Assembly (NCBI GenBank): GCA_963602915.1
Contig: CAVCLB010000005.1
Span: 2,775-66,774 of the forward strand
Direction of reading: 5' to 3'
DNA length: 64,000 nucleotides
DNA from: Dysosmobacter segnis
GTDB lineage: Bacteria > Bacteroidota > Bacteroidia > Bacteroidales > Bacteroidaceae
The notes under the pieces are model-generated. The model ran no database searches. It was not told the origin of the DNA and saw only the letters and a list, made by a program, of their open reading frames with translations. This document shows, piece by piece, positions 12,108-20,530 of the stretch (positions within the stretch are counted from its first letter, which is position 1; each line of letters starts with the position of its first letter). The translations under genes and the position numbers were made by a program.

Positions 12108-12126
12108 GACCATTGCTTTGCATGAA

Positions 12127-12237
12127 TTTCAAACAAGCCTTACTTGCATTTCAAACAAGCCTTACTTGCATTTCAAACAAGCCTTGTTTGCGTTGTAAAG
12201 AAGCCTTGTTTGCAATGCAAATAAGGCTTCTTTTTTC
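12127..12237 (+). repeat. 22-bp tandem repeat element, copy A (4 direct units plus an inverted terminal unit forming a hairpin followed by T6)
   Basis: The units are TTTCAAACAAGCCTTACTTGCA x2, TTTCAAACAAGCCTTGTTTGCG and TTGTAAAGAAGCCTTGTTTGCA. An inverted unit ATGCAAATAAGGCTTC then follows, ending in TTTTTT. Confidence 0.9.
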
Positions 12238-12337
12238 ATGCATCATTATCCATTGTAAGCCAATACTTTACAAACCCAACATAGCAAGCACACCCGAATA
12301 GCATTGTAGGCGAAATGAAAATATCGCCAAAAATCAT

Positions 12338-12345
12338 TAACTTTG
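12338..12345 (+). promoter_or_regulatory. -7 promoter box TAACTTTG upstream of the acyltransferase gene
   Basis: It is an exact match. It lies downstream of the track's ORF start (12315), which supports the internal ATG 12447 as the real start. Confidence 0.45.
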
Positions 12346-12446
12346 CACGAAATCGGCAAACCCGCGCAAGCAGAAACGGTTTCCTTTCTGTCGGGCTTGC
12401 ACCGTATCACAGCATTTACCATAACCGAAAAACAACTATACACAAC

Positions 12447-13607
12447 ATGTCAACACCATTAAACCCAAGCTCGGCCTTCGCCGACTCCAAGCCCCACTAT
12501 GCCCTGCTCGACGGTCTGCGTGGCGTGGCGGCCCTGCTCGTGGTGTGGTATCATGTGTTCGAGGGATTCCAATTTGCCTCGGGCGCACCCACCATAACAG
12601 TCATCAACCACGGCTATCTGGCCGTAGATTTCTTCTTCATCCTGTCGGGTTTCGTGATAGGCTATGCCTACGACGACCGCATGGGACGGCAGCTCACGCT
12701 CGGAGCATTCTTCAAGCGGCGCATAGTGCGCCTGCATCCCATGGTGGTAATGGGTGCGGCGATAGGCGCGGTGGCCTTCTTTGCGCAAGGCGCGGTGCAA
12801 TGGGACGGTACACACATTGCCCTTTCGGCCGTGATGCTCGCCTTGCTTTGCGCCATGTTCTTCATTCCCGCCGTGCCGGGATGCCCCTATGAAGTGCGCG
12901 GCAACGGCGAGATGTTTCCGCTCAACGGCCCGGCATGGTCGCTGTTCTTCGAATATATAGGCAACATTCTATATGCCCTCGTCCTGCACCGTCTGCCTAC
13001 AAAGGTGCTGGCGGCAGTCACTGCGGTGCTCGGTGCAATGCTCGCATGGTTTACCATAACCGACCCTTCGGGCTACGGCATGTTCAGTGTGGGTTGGACT
13101 CTCGACACGGTGAATTTCTGGGGAGGATTGCTGCGCATGGCATTCCCGTTCACCATGGGCATGCTTCTGTCGCGCGTTTTCAGAAAAGTCAAAGTGCGCG
13201 GCGCATTCTGGCTGTGCTCGTTGGTGCTCGTGGCAGTGTTTCATGTGCCATATATAAATAAGGTGGCGGGAGTGAACATGAACGGAGTGTTCGAGGCTCT
13301 GTGCATAATCGCGCTCTTCCCCGTGCTCGTGTGGTTTGCAGCCTCGGGCTCCACCACCGACAAAGTGAGCACACGCGTGTGCAATCTGTTGGGCGACTTG
13401 TCGTTTCCGCTCTACATTGTGCACTATCCTTTCATGTATTTGTTCTACTCCTGGCTCATCGACAAGCGTGCATACACCCTTGCCGAGACGTGGCCCGTGG
13501 CCTTGCTCACCTGCGTGGCAAGCGTCGTTGCGGCATGGCTGTGCCTGCGCCTCTACGACATCCCGGTGCGACGGTGGCTCGCACGCAAGCTCGGAATAAG
13601 AAAATAA
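12447..13607 (+). CDS. acyltransferase family 3 (integral-membrane O-acyltransferase)
   Basis: It has LDGLRGVAALLVVWYHVFE near the N-terminus and about 10 predicted TM segments. The start is trimmed to MSTPLNPS (ATG 12447). Confidence 0.85.
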   Translation: MSTPLNPSSAFADSKPHYALLDGLRGVAALLVVWYHVFEGFQFASGAPTITVINHGYLAVDFFFILSGFVIGYAYDDRMGRQLTLGAFFKRRIVRLHPMVVMGAAIGAVAFFAQGAVQWDGTHIALSAVMLALLCAMFFIPAVPGCPYEVRGNGEMFPLNGPAWSLFFEYIGNILYALVLHRLPTKVLAAVTAVLGAMLAWFTITDPSGYGMFSVGWTLDTVNFWGGLLRMAFPFTMGMLLSRVFRKVKVRGAFWLCSLVLVAVFHVPYINKVAGVNMNGVFEALCIIALFPVLVWFAASGSTTDKVSTRVCNLLGDLSFPLYIVHYPFMYLFYSWLIDKRAYTLAETWPVALLTCVASVVAAWLCLRLYDIPVRRWLARKLGIRK

Positions 13608-13655
13608 GGGAAAAGAAAAAGGGCATCCAAAACAACATTACGGTTTTAGATGCCC
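13608..13655 (-). terminator. putative terminator of the histidine kinase gene
   Basis: On the minus strand the stem GGGCATC..GATGCCC is followed by TTTTTCTTTTCCC. The stem is short (7 bp) and the loop is 21 nt. Confidence 0.5.
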
Positions 13656-13677
13656 TCGTTCATTTGCAGCACACGGT

Positions 13678-15093
13678 TCAGTCGCGTGCCGCGAGAGTAA
13701 ATTCGAAACACAATCCGCCGTCGGGATTGTTGTGCACCGATATGCTTCCGCCGTGCAATATCACGGCATTCTTCACTATGGCAAGGCCCAGTCCGGTGCC
13801 GCCCATCTTGCGGCTGCGTCCCTTGTCAACCCTGTAGAAACGCTCGAAAAGCCGCGCGAGATGCTCGGTAGGAACTCCCACGCCGTTGTCGCAGAACCGG
13901 AATGCCCACAACGCGCCCTTTCTTTTGGCCTCGACGCTTACTGTCGTGCCCTCGCCGGCATAGGCTATGGCGTTGTCGGTGAGGTTGCGGAAGATGCTGT
14001 AGACAAGACTTCCGTTGCCTTTTATGCTTATTCCGTCGGGCAGTGCATTGCGCATGGTCATTTTCTTCGACTGCATCTGCAGCGCGGTTTCCTTCACTAT
14101 GTTTGCCACCGTGGCCGATATGTCAACGTCTTCTTGCTGCATCAGGTCGGGTGCGTCGTCCATGCGGTTGAGCGTGGATATGTCGTGCAGCAGCGAAGTG
14201 AGCCGCTGACTCTGCGCGAAACAACGCTGCAAGAACTGCTCTTTTGTGGAGTCGTTGATGTGGGGGTTCTCGAGTATCGTCTCGAGATAGCCCTGTATAC
14301 TCGCCACGGGAGTCTTCAGTTCGTGCGCAATGTTCTGTGTGAGCTGCCGCTTCAAGATGTCCTGCTCACGCCGTGTGCTCTGCAACCGCTTGTAAATCTT
14401 TATTATCCGCTCGGCAATCTCGCCCAGTTCGTCGTTGGGAAAATCCACAAGGTCTTCGGTATCAAGCGACTCGTTGTGGTCGGCACGGCTTGCAAACGAG
14501 CGCAGCTTGCTTATGTTGGCCCCCAAACGACTTGTGAAGCGATAGAGAATAAGCGTGAGAATGATGATTGCCGTGACTGCAAACCAGATGTAATGTTGGT
14601 CGGCACGGAGCGATTTAGAGAGCGTATTGTTATAGGGCAACGCACTGCGTATCACTAAATTGGGATGCTTAAAACTAGTGGCCGAATAGAAAAACTCGTT
14701 GTTGAAGGTGGCACTGTTGCGATCGACCGACTGTCCTGTGCCGTATTTCAAGGCGTGCGCCACTTCGGGACGGGTGGCGTGGTTGGTGAGATGCGAATAA
14801 TCTTTGAGCAGATTGTCGTAGATTACGCGGCCCTGCGGAGTGATTATCGTAACGCGCATGTCGGTCATGTGGTGCTGTGCCACATATTTGTCGAGCCCGT
14901 CTTCGGTGGTGTCGCCCGACACGGCAATATATTCGGCCATGCTCGAGTTGTAGTCCTGCAGCTTCAGGTTGAGTGTCTCAATCTTGAATTGCCTCTCGCG
15001 TGTCTGCTGAAACACGATGAAAGCCACCGCGAAAAGCAGGAACACCGAAAGCACACTGAGATATAGTTTGTTGCCTACGCCAATGTATCGCAT
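13678..15093 (-). CDS. sensor histidine kinase (two TM segments, HisKA plus HATPase_c), PhoR/RprX-like
   Basis: It has an H-box (AHELKTPVASIQGYLETI), an N-box (NLTDNAIAYAGEG) and a G-box (GTGLGLAIVKNAVILHGG). Confidence 0.92.
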   Translation of the reverse strand: MRYIGVGNKLYLSVLSVFLLFAVAFIVFQQTRERQFKIETLNLKLQDYNSSMAEYIAVSGDTTEDGLDKYVAQHHMTDMRVTIITPQGRVIYDNLLKDYSHLTNHATRPEVAHALKYGTGQSVDRNSATFNNEFFYSATSFKHPNLVIRSALPYNNTLSKSLRADQHYIWFAVTAIIILTLILYRFTSRLGANISKLRSFASRADHNESLDTEDLVDFPNDELGEIAERIIKIYKRLQSTRREQDILKRQLTQNIAHELKTPVASIQGYLETILENPHINDSTKEQFLQRCFAQSQRLTSLLHDISTLNRMDDAPDLMQQEDVDISATVANIVKETALQMQSKKMTMRNALPDGISIKGNGSLVYSIFRNLTDNAIAYAGEGTTVSVEAKRKGALWAFRFCDNGVGVPTEHLARLFERFYRVDKGRSRKMGGTGLGLAIVKNAVILHGGSISVHNNPDGGLCFEFTLAARD

Positions 15094-15161
15094 TTCCTTT
15101 TATGTCTTTATCGGTTTCAATGTAATATATCACCGCCGTGTGGTGCGGCGTGGTCTATGGT

Positions 15162-15860
15162 TCAGGCATCGAAATAATAGCCGAAGCCGAGGCGTGTCAC
15201 TATGCACTTTGCAAACCGCCCTATCTTCTTGCGGAGCCTTGTTATGTTCACGTCCACGGTGCGGTCGAGCACCAGCACGTCCTTGGGCCAGATGCGTTCT
15301 ATGAGTTCCTGGCGCGAGAACACGCGTCCGCGCTCGTCGAGAAGCAGGTGAAGCAGTTCGAATTCGGTTTTTGTGAACGGCACATCCTCGCCGTCAATGG
15401 TCACGGTTTTCTTGTCCATGTTCATCACAATACCCTGATAGCTGAGCACTTGCGGTTCGTCGCCGCCTTCGGCCGAAGCCGTGCGCCGCAGCACGGCACG
15501 TATGCGCACGAGCACCTCGCGTATGGAAAACGGTTTCGAAATGTAGTCGTCGGCACCGAGGTTGAAGCCTGTCACAGTGTCGTTCTCGGTGTCGCGGGCG
15601 GTGAGGAATATTATGGGAATGCTGGCGGTGGAGGGTTGTTCCTTCAGTTTGTGGGCAAGCGCGAAACCCGACATTCCACCCATCATCACGTCGAGAAGCA
15701 GCAGATTTTGCGCCCCAATGTCCATGGTGAGAGCCTCTTCGGCCGAGGTTGCGGTCGAAACTTGGTAGCCTTCGGTCTCGAGATTGAACTTCAGAATCTC
15801 GAGCAAGTCCTGCTCGTCGTCGACGACAAGGATTTTGTTGTTTGGTTTAATCTCGTTCAT
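15162..15860 (-). CDS. OmpR/PhoB-family response regulator, RprY-like
   Basis: It has KILVVDDEQDLLEIL and LLLLDVMMGGMSGF (receiver domain), plus a winged-helix C-terminus (VDVNITRLRKKIG...GFGYYF). The start is trimmed to MNEIKPNNK (ATG 15860). Confidence 0.92.
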   Translation of the reverse strand: MNEIKPNNKILVVDDEQDLLEILKFNLETEGYQVSTATSAEEALTMDIGAQNLLLLDVMMGGMSGFALAHKLKEQPSTASIPIIFLTARDTENDTVTGFNLGADDYISKPFSIREVLVRIRAVLRRTASAEGGDEPQVLSYQGIVMNMDKKTVTIDGEDVPFTKTEFELLHLLLDERGRVFSRQELIERIWPKDVLVLDRTVDVNITRLRKKIGRFAKCIVTRLGFGYYFDA

Positions 15861-15953
15861 ACGTTTTGTTTTTGGTTTCCGCCTACGCTGCCGTGGCTGC
15901 ACCGAAATGCAATATGCCCGTTAGCCCATGGCCGGAGTGCCGTTTTCATGGTG

Positions 15954-15961
15954 CAAAGTTA
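15954..15961 (-). promoter_or_regulatory. -7 promoter box TAACTTTG upstream of the response regulator / kinase operon
   Basis: The plus strand reads caaagtta, about 93 nt upstream of ATG 15860. Confidence 0.4.
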
Positions 15962-16150
15962 CGCATCCGGCTATTCATACATATTACGCCGGCGTTACAA
16001 TACGGTTACACTTTCAGCCTGAAACGGCACCGTGCGTGCCGAGTGCAAATCTACTAATTTTCTGCGTCACGGCCAAGTGCACGCGCGGCGATGTGCCGAT
16101 ACGGGCATTATTTTGACCGCACAGAAGCACGACAGAAAGAATTTAATTTG

Positions 16151-16158
16151 TAATTTTG
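16151..16158 (+). promoter_or_regulatory. -7 promoter box TAATTTTG upstream of the orphan hypothetical gene
   Basis: It is an exact match, 24 nt upstream of ATG 16182. Confidence 0.5.
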
Positions 16159-16181
16159 CAGCAAACAACAACGCAACCAAG

Positions 16182-16925
16182 ATGAATACAATAGGCCGCT
16201 ACAAACTGCTTGCTACGATGGTAAGGGCTTTTTTCGAGTCGTTCTCGTCGGCAATTGTCGACTGTCATGTGCCTGAACCGCACGGAAAATATAGTCCGCA
16301 GATGGTGAAAAAGCTCATGCTCGAACACTACGAACACATATCCGAGGCATTCCACGATGTCATTCTGACTCCGTTGGCAGTGATATCGCACAGCTACGAC
16401 GAGGTGATGGAGATAGTGCACAACACTAACATCGAGGGAATGACTATGTTTGAACTGGTGAGAGATGTGTGTGCCGACAGTCAACTGTATGATGCCATGG
16501 TGGCCGAATACCGCCGCAATTTCTCGTGTCTGCTTGCCGGACGGCACGAATCGGCAGCCAACTGGCAGCAAAGCTATACCCGCTGCGAAGGTGAAGAAGT
16601 TGAGATTGACATTGAAATAGGCATACGCCTTGTAGTGCGCATCACTATGGAAGCCTACGCCAAAGGGTTGCATCAGGCCGCAACGGGCAAGACCTCGATA
16701 CGCCAGGTGTCGCTTTTCCGTCTGCTGCTCGATGTCATGTCGGTTCTTCTGCACGATGAACCGGTGCAATTCGGGGCCGAAGAGCAAGACAATCTGGGGG
16801 CGATGTTTCTCAAAGTTTGCCGTTCGGAGGACAATTTCCACATAATGACCGAGGAGATGGACAACGCCTATACCGAACTTTTAAATCGCGAACAGCTCAC
16901 CGCGAGCGACGACACGGCCAACTGA
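16182..16925 (+). CDS. hypothetical cytoplasmic protein (247 aa), no recognisable domain
   Basis: The ORF has protein-like composition and its own promoter box. It has no signal peptide or TM segment. The start is trimmed to MNTIGRYKLL. The antisense ORF 16143-16841 is H/V-rich, which is typical of a shadow frame. Confidence 0.7.
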   Translation: MNTIGRYKLLATMVRAFFESFSSAIVDCHVPEPHGKYSPQMVKKLMLEHYEHISEAFHDVILTPLAVISHSYDEVMEIVHNTNIEGMTMFELVRDVCADSQLYDAMVAEYRRNFSCLLAGRHESAANWQQSYTRCEGEEVEIDIEIGIRLVVRITMEAYAKGLHQAATGKTSIRQVSLFRLLLDVMSVLLHDEPVQFGAEEQDNLGAMFLKVCRSEDNFHIMTEEMDNAYTELLNREQLTASDDTAN

Positions 16926-17011
16926 CACGGCCTTCTTGCCCGCCACTCAGCACTCCGCCAGGCTTTACTAACGATAAAAGAACAACTTGGCTGAGTGCTC
17001 CTGCATTTGTA

Positions 17012-18415
17012 TCAATAGGCATTTTTGTCGCCTTTCACGGCATTGGCCACTGTCTTGTACATTATATATATGTCGAGCCAGATGCTCCAATGCTCCATAT
17101 ACCAGATGTCGCCGCGCACGCGTCCTTCCATTTGCGAAAGCTTTTTCGTTTCTCCCCGGAATCCAGTCACTTGGCTCCAACCCGTTATTCCAGGCTTCAT
17201 GAAATGGCGCACCATGTAATCGTCGATTATTTTTGCATACTCATCGGTCTGGCTCACCATGTGCGGTCGCGGACCGACAACGCTCATCTGCCCCAGAAGC
17301 ACGTTTATGAACTGCGGCATTTCGTCGATATTTGTCTTGCGCATGATGTCGCCCCAACGCGTTTTGCGGGGGTCGTCTTTGGTGGCTTGAAGCGTGTCGG
17401 CCTCGTTGTTTACCTTCATGCTGCGGAATTTAAGGCAGTAGAAATCCCTTCCGTTCAGTCCCGTTCGCTTCTGACGAAAGAATATCGGCCCGGGCATGGT
17501 GGCCTTGGTGATGATTGCAACGACCAAGAATATAAAGGGAAACAGCGTGCAGAGGAACGTGAGCGACACCGCAATGTCGAACAGACGCTTCACCACTCGG
17601 TTCTCTACACGCAGCAACGGTTCGTTGTAGAAGCTGAGATAGGGCACATCGCCAAGCATGTTGAACTTCATGCGGTGGTGCATGTAGTTGCTCACATTGG
17701 GCAGACTGTAGAAATGTATGAGGTGGCCGAAGCAGAAATGCACTATCGTCATGATTATATCGCGGTGGGTTGACGACAGACTGCAGTAGAGTTCGTGAAT
17801 ATCGCGGTGCTCTTCCAAATATGGAACAACGTCGTAGGGCGTGCCAAGATACTTGCATTCCTCTGGAAACGAAGGGTTGGGGGCAAAGTCGAAATAGCCT
17901 TGCACCTTATAGCCCAAGGTGGGTGTTTCGGTCATTTCCCAATAAAGTGCTGCGTTGTTTTCGGCACTTCCCACGAGAATGACCTTGTCGGAGTGGCTGT
18001 CTTTTGAACGGTAAATCTTGACAAGTTGGCGCAATGTGATGCGGAACAGGCTCAGACCGACAAACATCGCAATCCAGTAAAGGCACATGGGAATAATGTG
18101 CATGCGATAGAAATTGCCGAAAGAGAACAGCAGCGAGCACGCCACAGCATACATGAAAACGTTCTGCATTGTGCGCATCACAATCTGGTGGAACGTGACC
18201 TTGCGCTTGTAGAGCACCACACCACTGTGTATTGTGCATGCGAAATATATCACGGAGCTTGCCACCATTGTCTGCAACACGAAGTTGTAGACGGGTATAT
18301 GGTCGAAAAACCGGCTGAACATGACAAACAGCAGGTTGCTTATTATTATGTCGCCGACGATTACCAGTCCTGTAAAGAAGAAATTATTGTGTTGCGTATC
18401 GTAATTCCCGTTCAT
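17012..18415 (-). CDS. undecaprenyl-phosphate hexose-1-phosphate transferase (WbaP/WcaJ-type polyprenyl glycosylphosphotransferase)
   Basis: The ORF is 467 aa with N-terminal TM segments and a C-terminal 'bacterial sugar transferase' domain: KRLFDIAVSLTFL..PIFFRQKRTGLNGRDFYCLKFRSM..DPRKTRWGDIMRKTNIDEMPQFINVLLGQMSVVGPRP. Confidence 0.9.
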   Translation of the reverse strand: MNGNYDTQHNNFFFTGLVIVGDIIISNLLFVMFSRFFDHIPVYNFVLQTMVASSVIYFACTIHSGVVLYKRKVTFHQIVMRTMQNVFMYAVACSLLFSFGNFYRMHIIPMCLYWIAMFVGLSLFRITLRQLVKIYRSKDSHSDKVILVGSAENNAALYWEMTETPTLGYKVQGYFDFAPNPSFPEECKYLGTPYDVVPYLEEHRDIHELYCSLSSTHRDIIMTIVHFCFGHLIHFYSLPNVSNYMHHRMKFNMLGDVPYLSFYNEPLLRVENRVVKRLFDIAVSLTFLCTLFPFIFLVVAIITKATMPGPIFFRQKRTGLNGRDFYCLKFRSMKVNNEADTLQATKDDPRKTRWGDIMRKTNIDEMPQFINVLLGQMSVVGPRPHMVSQTDEYAKIIDDYMVRHFMKPGITGWSQVTGFRGETKKLSQMEGRVRGDIWYMEHWSIWLDIYIMYKTVANAVKGDKNAY

Positions 18416-18481
18416 TGCATTTAAATGTTACACGTCGCGTATTTAATCACGGCAAAAGTCCCGACCGGCTTTTGTCCTTTG

Positions 18482-18489
18482 CAAAGTTA
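18482..18489 (-). promoter_or_regulatory. -7 promoter box TAACTTTG upstream of the WbaP-like gene
   Basis: The plus strand reads caaagtta, about 66 nt upstream of ATG 18415. Confidence 0.45.
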
Positions 18490-18618
18490 AGTATTTTCCC
18501 ACACAAAAGAATGCGTTTCCGCATTAAAAACAGATGTCACTTTGCCCCAATAGTCAAATATATTGTCTTTTCAGTTACGCCTGTTCATGCCGGAGCAGCA
18601 TTCACTCCAGGCATGCGT

Positions 18619-19650
18619 CTATACGCCGCCGTCGGCAGCAGTAGCGGTGTCGTCTGTGGCAAGAAATGCCTTTATGTCGCGTTCGATGTTTTGGAATTGC
18701 GGTGAAAAGAGGTAGCCCACGTTTTTCTTAAGCGCAAGTTCCACGTCGGCAAGGCTCGACGAGTAGCACGACAGTTCGTTGCGCCGCTGCACGCCATGTA
18801 TGCTCTGCCGTGTGATTTCGCTCTCACGGTTGCGCACGAGAGTGCTGCAGATGCGCTTGAGCATGGGCATAACAACGCGGTCGAAAAGGTGATGCCCCTG
18901 TATATACATGTAGGTTGTGTCGGCAGTTACGCCCAACCGCTTTATGTCGTCCTTCACTTCACGATAGCTTTCCCTTGCATCGGGGTGCAGCCTTTGCATT
19001 GCCTGCACCTTTTTGGCCACCTTGTGACGCAGCTTTTCGAGCGACTCCTGCGGTTTGTCGGGATTGAAATGACCTATTTCTATTACTTTGAGAAAGTCGG
19101 TTATGGTGAATTCGCCGTATGAAGGCGACCGATACGACCAGATGCTCCACACGAAAAGCGGAAAAATGGCATTGGAGTAGTCGCGCAGATAAGCCTCGAA
19201 ATCAAACATGTCGCTGTCGTTGAGCGTCACGGCCACGCACACGTCGTGGAGCGACGGAGCATAGCACTGCATGTTTTCAATGGAGTAAGCATAGGTGTGG
19301 AACACATAGGGATTGTCTAAAATGGCCTTCGACGACGGGCTGCGGCGCTGCACTAGATAGTCGTAGTCGGCATCTACGCATGCAATCATGTCTCGCCCAG
19401 TCTTGTTTCCGGCTATGAGGCTCATCACGGCGGCCTTTTTTCCGCGTTCGAGATGCGGCACACGCGACGGAAGCATGACTTCGAAACGGCGCGTAGCATC
19501 CTCGAAGCGTCCCAAGACTGAACGCCAGAAGAACACGTCGTCGTAACTTTCAACATAGACAACAATCCTGCGCCGTGCCGACCGGGAGCTGAGCCGGTTG
19601 GCGGCTTCTATATAACGCGACGTGATATTGTCGCCAAGCCGTTTGCCCAT
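18619..19650 (-). CDS. DUF4435/TOPRIM-like (OLD-family nuclease-like, AriB-like) protein
   Basis: The protein is 343 aa from MGKRLGDN (ATG 19650). It has IVVYVESYDDVFFW (Glu34, Asp37/38) and ACVDADYDYL (Asp93/95/97), the Glu...DxD acidic pattern of TOPRIM/DUF4435. The start lies 5 nt after the stop of the upstream ATPase gene. The 49-aa N-terminal extension in the track would overlap the ATPase gene, so I reject it. Confidence 0.6.
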   Translation of the reverse strand: MGKRLGDNITSRYIEAANRLSSRSARRRIVVYVESYDDVFFWRSVLGRFEDATRRFEVMLPSRVPHLERGKKAAVMSLIAGNKTGRDMIACVDADYDYLVQRRSPSSKAILDNPYVFHTYAYSIENMQCYAPSLHDVCVAVTLNDSDMFDFEAYLRDYSNAIFPLFVWSIWSYRSPSYGEFTITDFLKVIEIGHFNPDKPQESLEKLRHKVAKKVQAMQRLHPDARESYREVKDDIKRLGVTADTTYMYIQGHHLFDRVVMPMLKRICSTLVRNRESEITRQSIHGVQRRNELSCYSSSLADVELALKKNVGYLFSPQFQNIERDIKAFLATDDTATAADGGV

Positions 19651-19655
19651 AGTGC

Positions 19656-20483
19656 TCAGTTTTGGTCGGTAATGTCGCTCACCTCGGTCACGCGGTCGGC
19701 CCATCCGTTCATTATCACCGCCGGACTGTGCGTGGTGAGTATTATCTGCACATTTGGGTTGAGCTCGAGAATGAGGTCGATGAGGCGTTCCTGCCACTCC
19801 ACATGCAGGCTCACTTCGGGCTCATCCATGAACAGAACGTAGTTGCGGTTGTCTTCAACGAGCACCGTAAGCAGTATGGCCAGCATCTGTTTCTCACCGC
19901 TTGACAGCTGGTAGGGGGTGAGCATTTCGCCAATCTGCGCGAAACGTATCTCGTTTTCGGTGCGCACTATCTTCTTGCCGGTATCGCAGAACAGGTCGTC
20001 GATGATGTTCTGGAAACGCAGTTTCGGCTCGGCTATTTTCTGTGCGAGCGCGGCTGCGTCGGGCGCACCGCTTTGCAGGGCCGAGATTATGCGGTTGCCA
20101 ATGTTCACCTGATAGTCGAGATACTTGCGTTGGAGCGTGAACAGCTGGCAGTCGAGCTCGGTGGCAAGGTCGGAAAGCGTTGCGCTGAATTTGTTGAACG
20201 TGTCGATATTCACCAAAGGGCGGTCAACCGAGCGTATCACGTCGAACCTTATCCACTTGGCATCGGAGGGCGACACGTCGAGACGCACGCCCTTGAGCAT
20301 ATGGCTCGGAAACTCGCCTCCGGCCGAAAGTCCCCTTATCACCTTGTTGAGAATGGTGCTCTTGCCCACCCCGTTTATGCCACTCAGGATGTTCACCTTG
20401 CGGTCGAGGTTCCACACGATGTGCTTCTTTCCGCTCCACAGCGAGTCGATTTCTATCTGTTGTATGTAGTCGGCGTATTTCAT
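19656..20483 (-). CDS. compact ABC/SMC-type (AAA_21/AAA_15-like) ATPase, AriA-like, with no membrane partner
   Basis: The ORF is 275 aa. It has Walker A SGINGVGKST (34-43), ABC signature LSSGEKQ (193-199), Walker B VLFMDEPE (216-223) and an H-loop TTHSP (250-254). Confidence 0.8.
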   Translation of the reverse strand: MKYADYIQQIEIDSLWSGKKHIVWNLDRKVNILSGINGVGKSTILNKVIRGLSAGGEFPSHMLKGVRLDVSPSDAKWIRFDVIRSVDRPLVNIDTFNKFSATLSDLATELDCQLFTLQRKYLDYQVNIGNRIISALQSGAPDAAALAQKIAEPKLRFQNIIDDLFCDTGKKIVRTENEIRFAQIGEMLTPYQLSSGEKQMLAILLTVLVEDNRNYVLFMDEPEVSLHVEWQERLIDLILELNPNVQIILTTHSPAVIMNGWADRVTEVSDITDQN

Positions 20484-20530
20484 AGTCTTGTCGGTTTTCG
20501 GGCAGCGGCACCATGCCGCCCCTTCATGTG

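Noticed and set aside
12127-12237. The tandem repeat array could be a CRISPR array.
   Set aside because: The repeats are contiguous 22-bp units with no spacers. There are only four units, and no cas genes occur in the window.
12113-12301. Two ORF-track peptides, here and at 22428-22802 / 22630-23088, are similar (FKQALLAFQ.SL.CI..KPCL.CKEAL.AMQIRLLF) and could pass for a conserved small protein family.
   Set aside because: The similarity is produced by the 22-bp DNA repeat element read in frame. The two copies are in opposite orientation relative to flanking genes, and neither has a promoter or start context.
16143-16841. A 232-aa minus-strand ORF overlaps the orphan hypothetical gene.
   Set aside because: It has a His/Val-rich shadow-frame composition and no promoter box. 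The plus-strand frame has balanced composition and a TAATTTTG box 24 nt upstream.
18619-19797. The ORF-track start of the DUF4435-like gene is at 19797 (392 aa).
   Set aside because: The first 49 codons would overlap the 3' end of the ATPase gene in another frame and are Arg/His/Pro-rich. ATG 19650, 5 nt after the ATPase stop, gives a normally coupled start. Similar 5' trimming was applied at 10295, 12315, 15902, 16032, 35525, 44023, 46763, 50522, 51394, 53496, 56466, 58512 and 58697, based on signal peptides, family N-termini or promoter boxes lying inside the extension.
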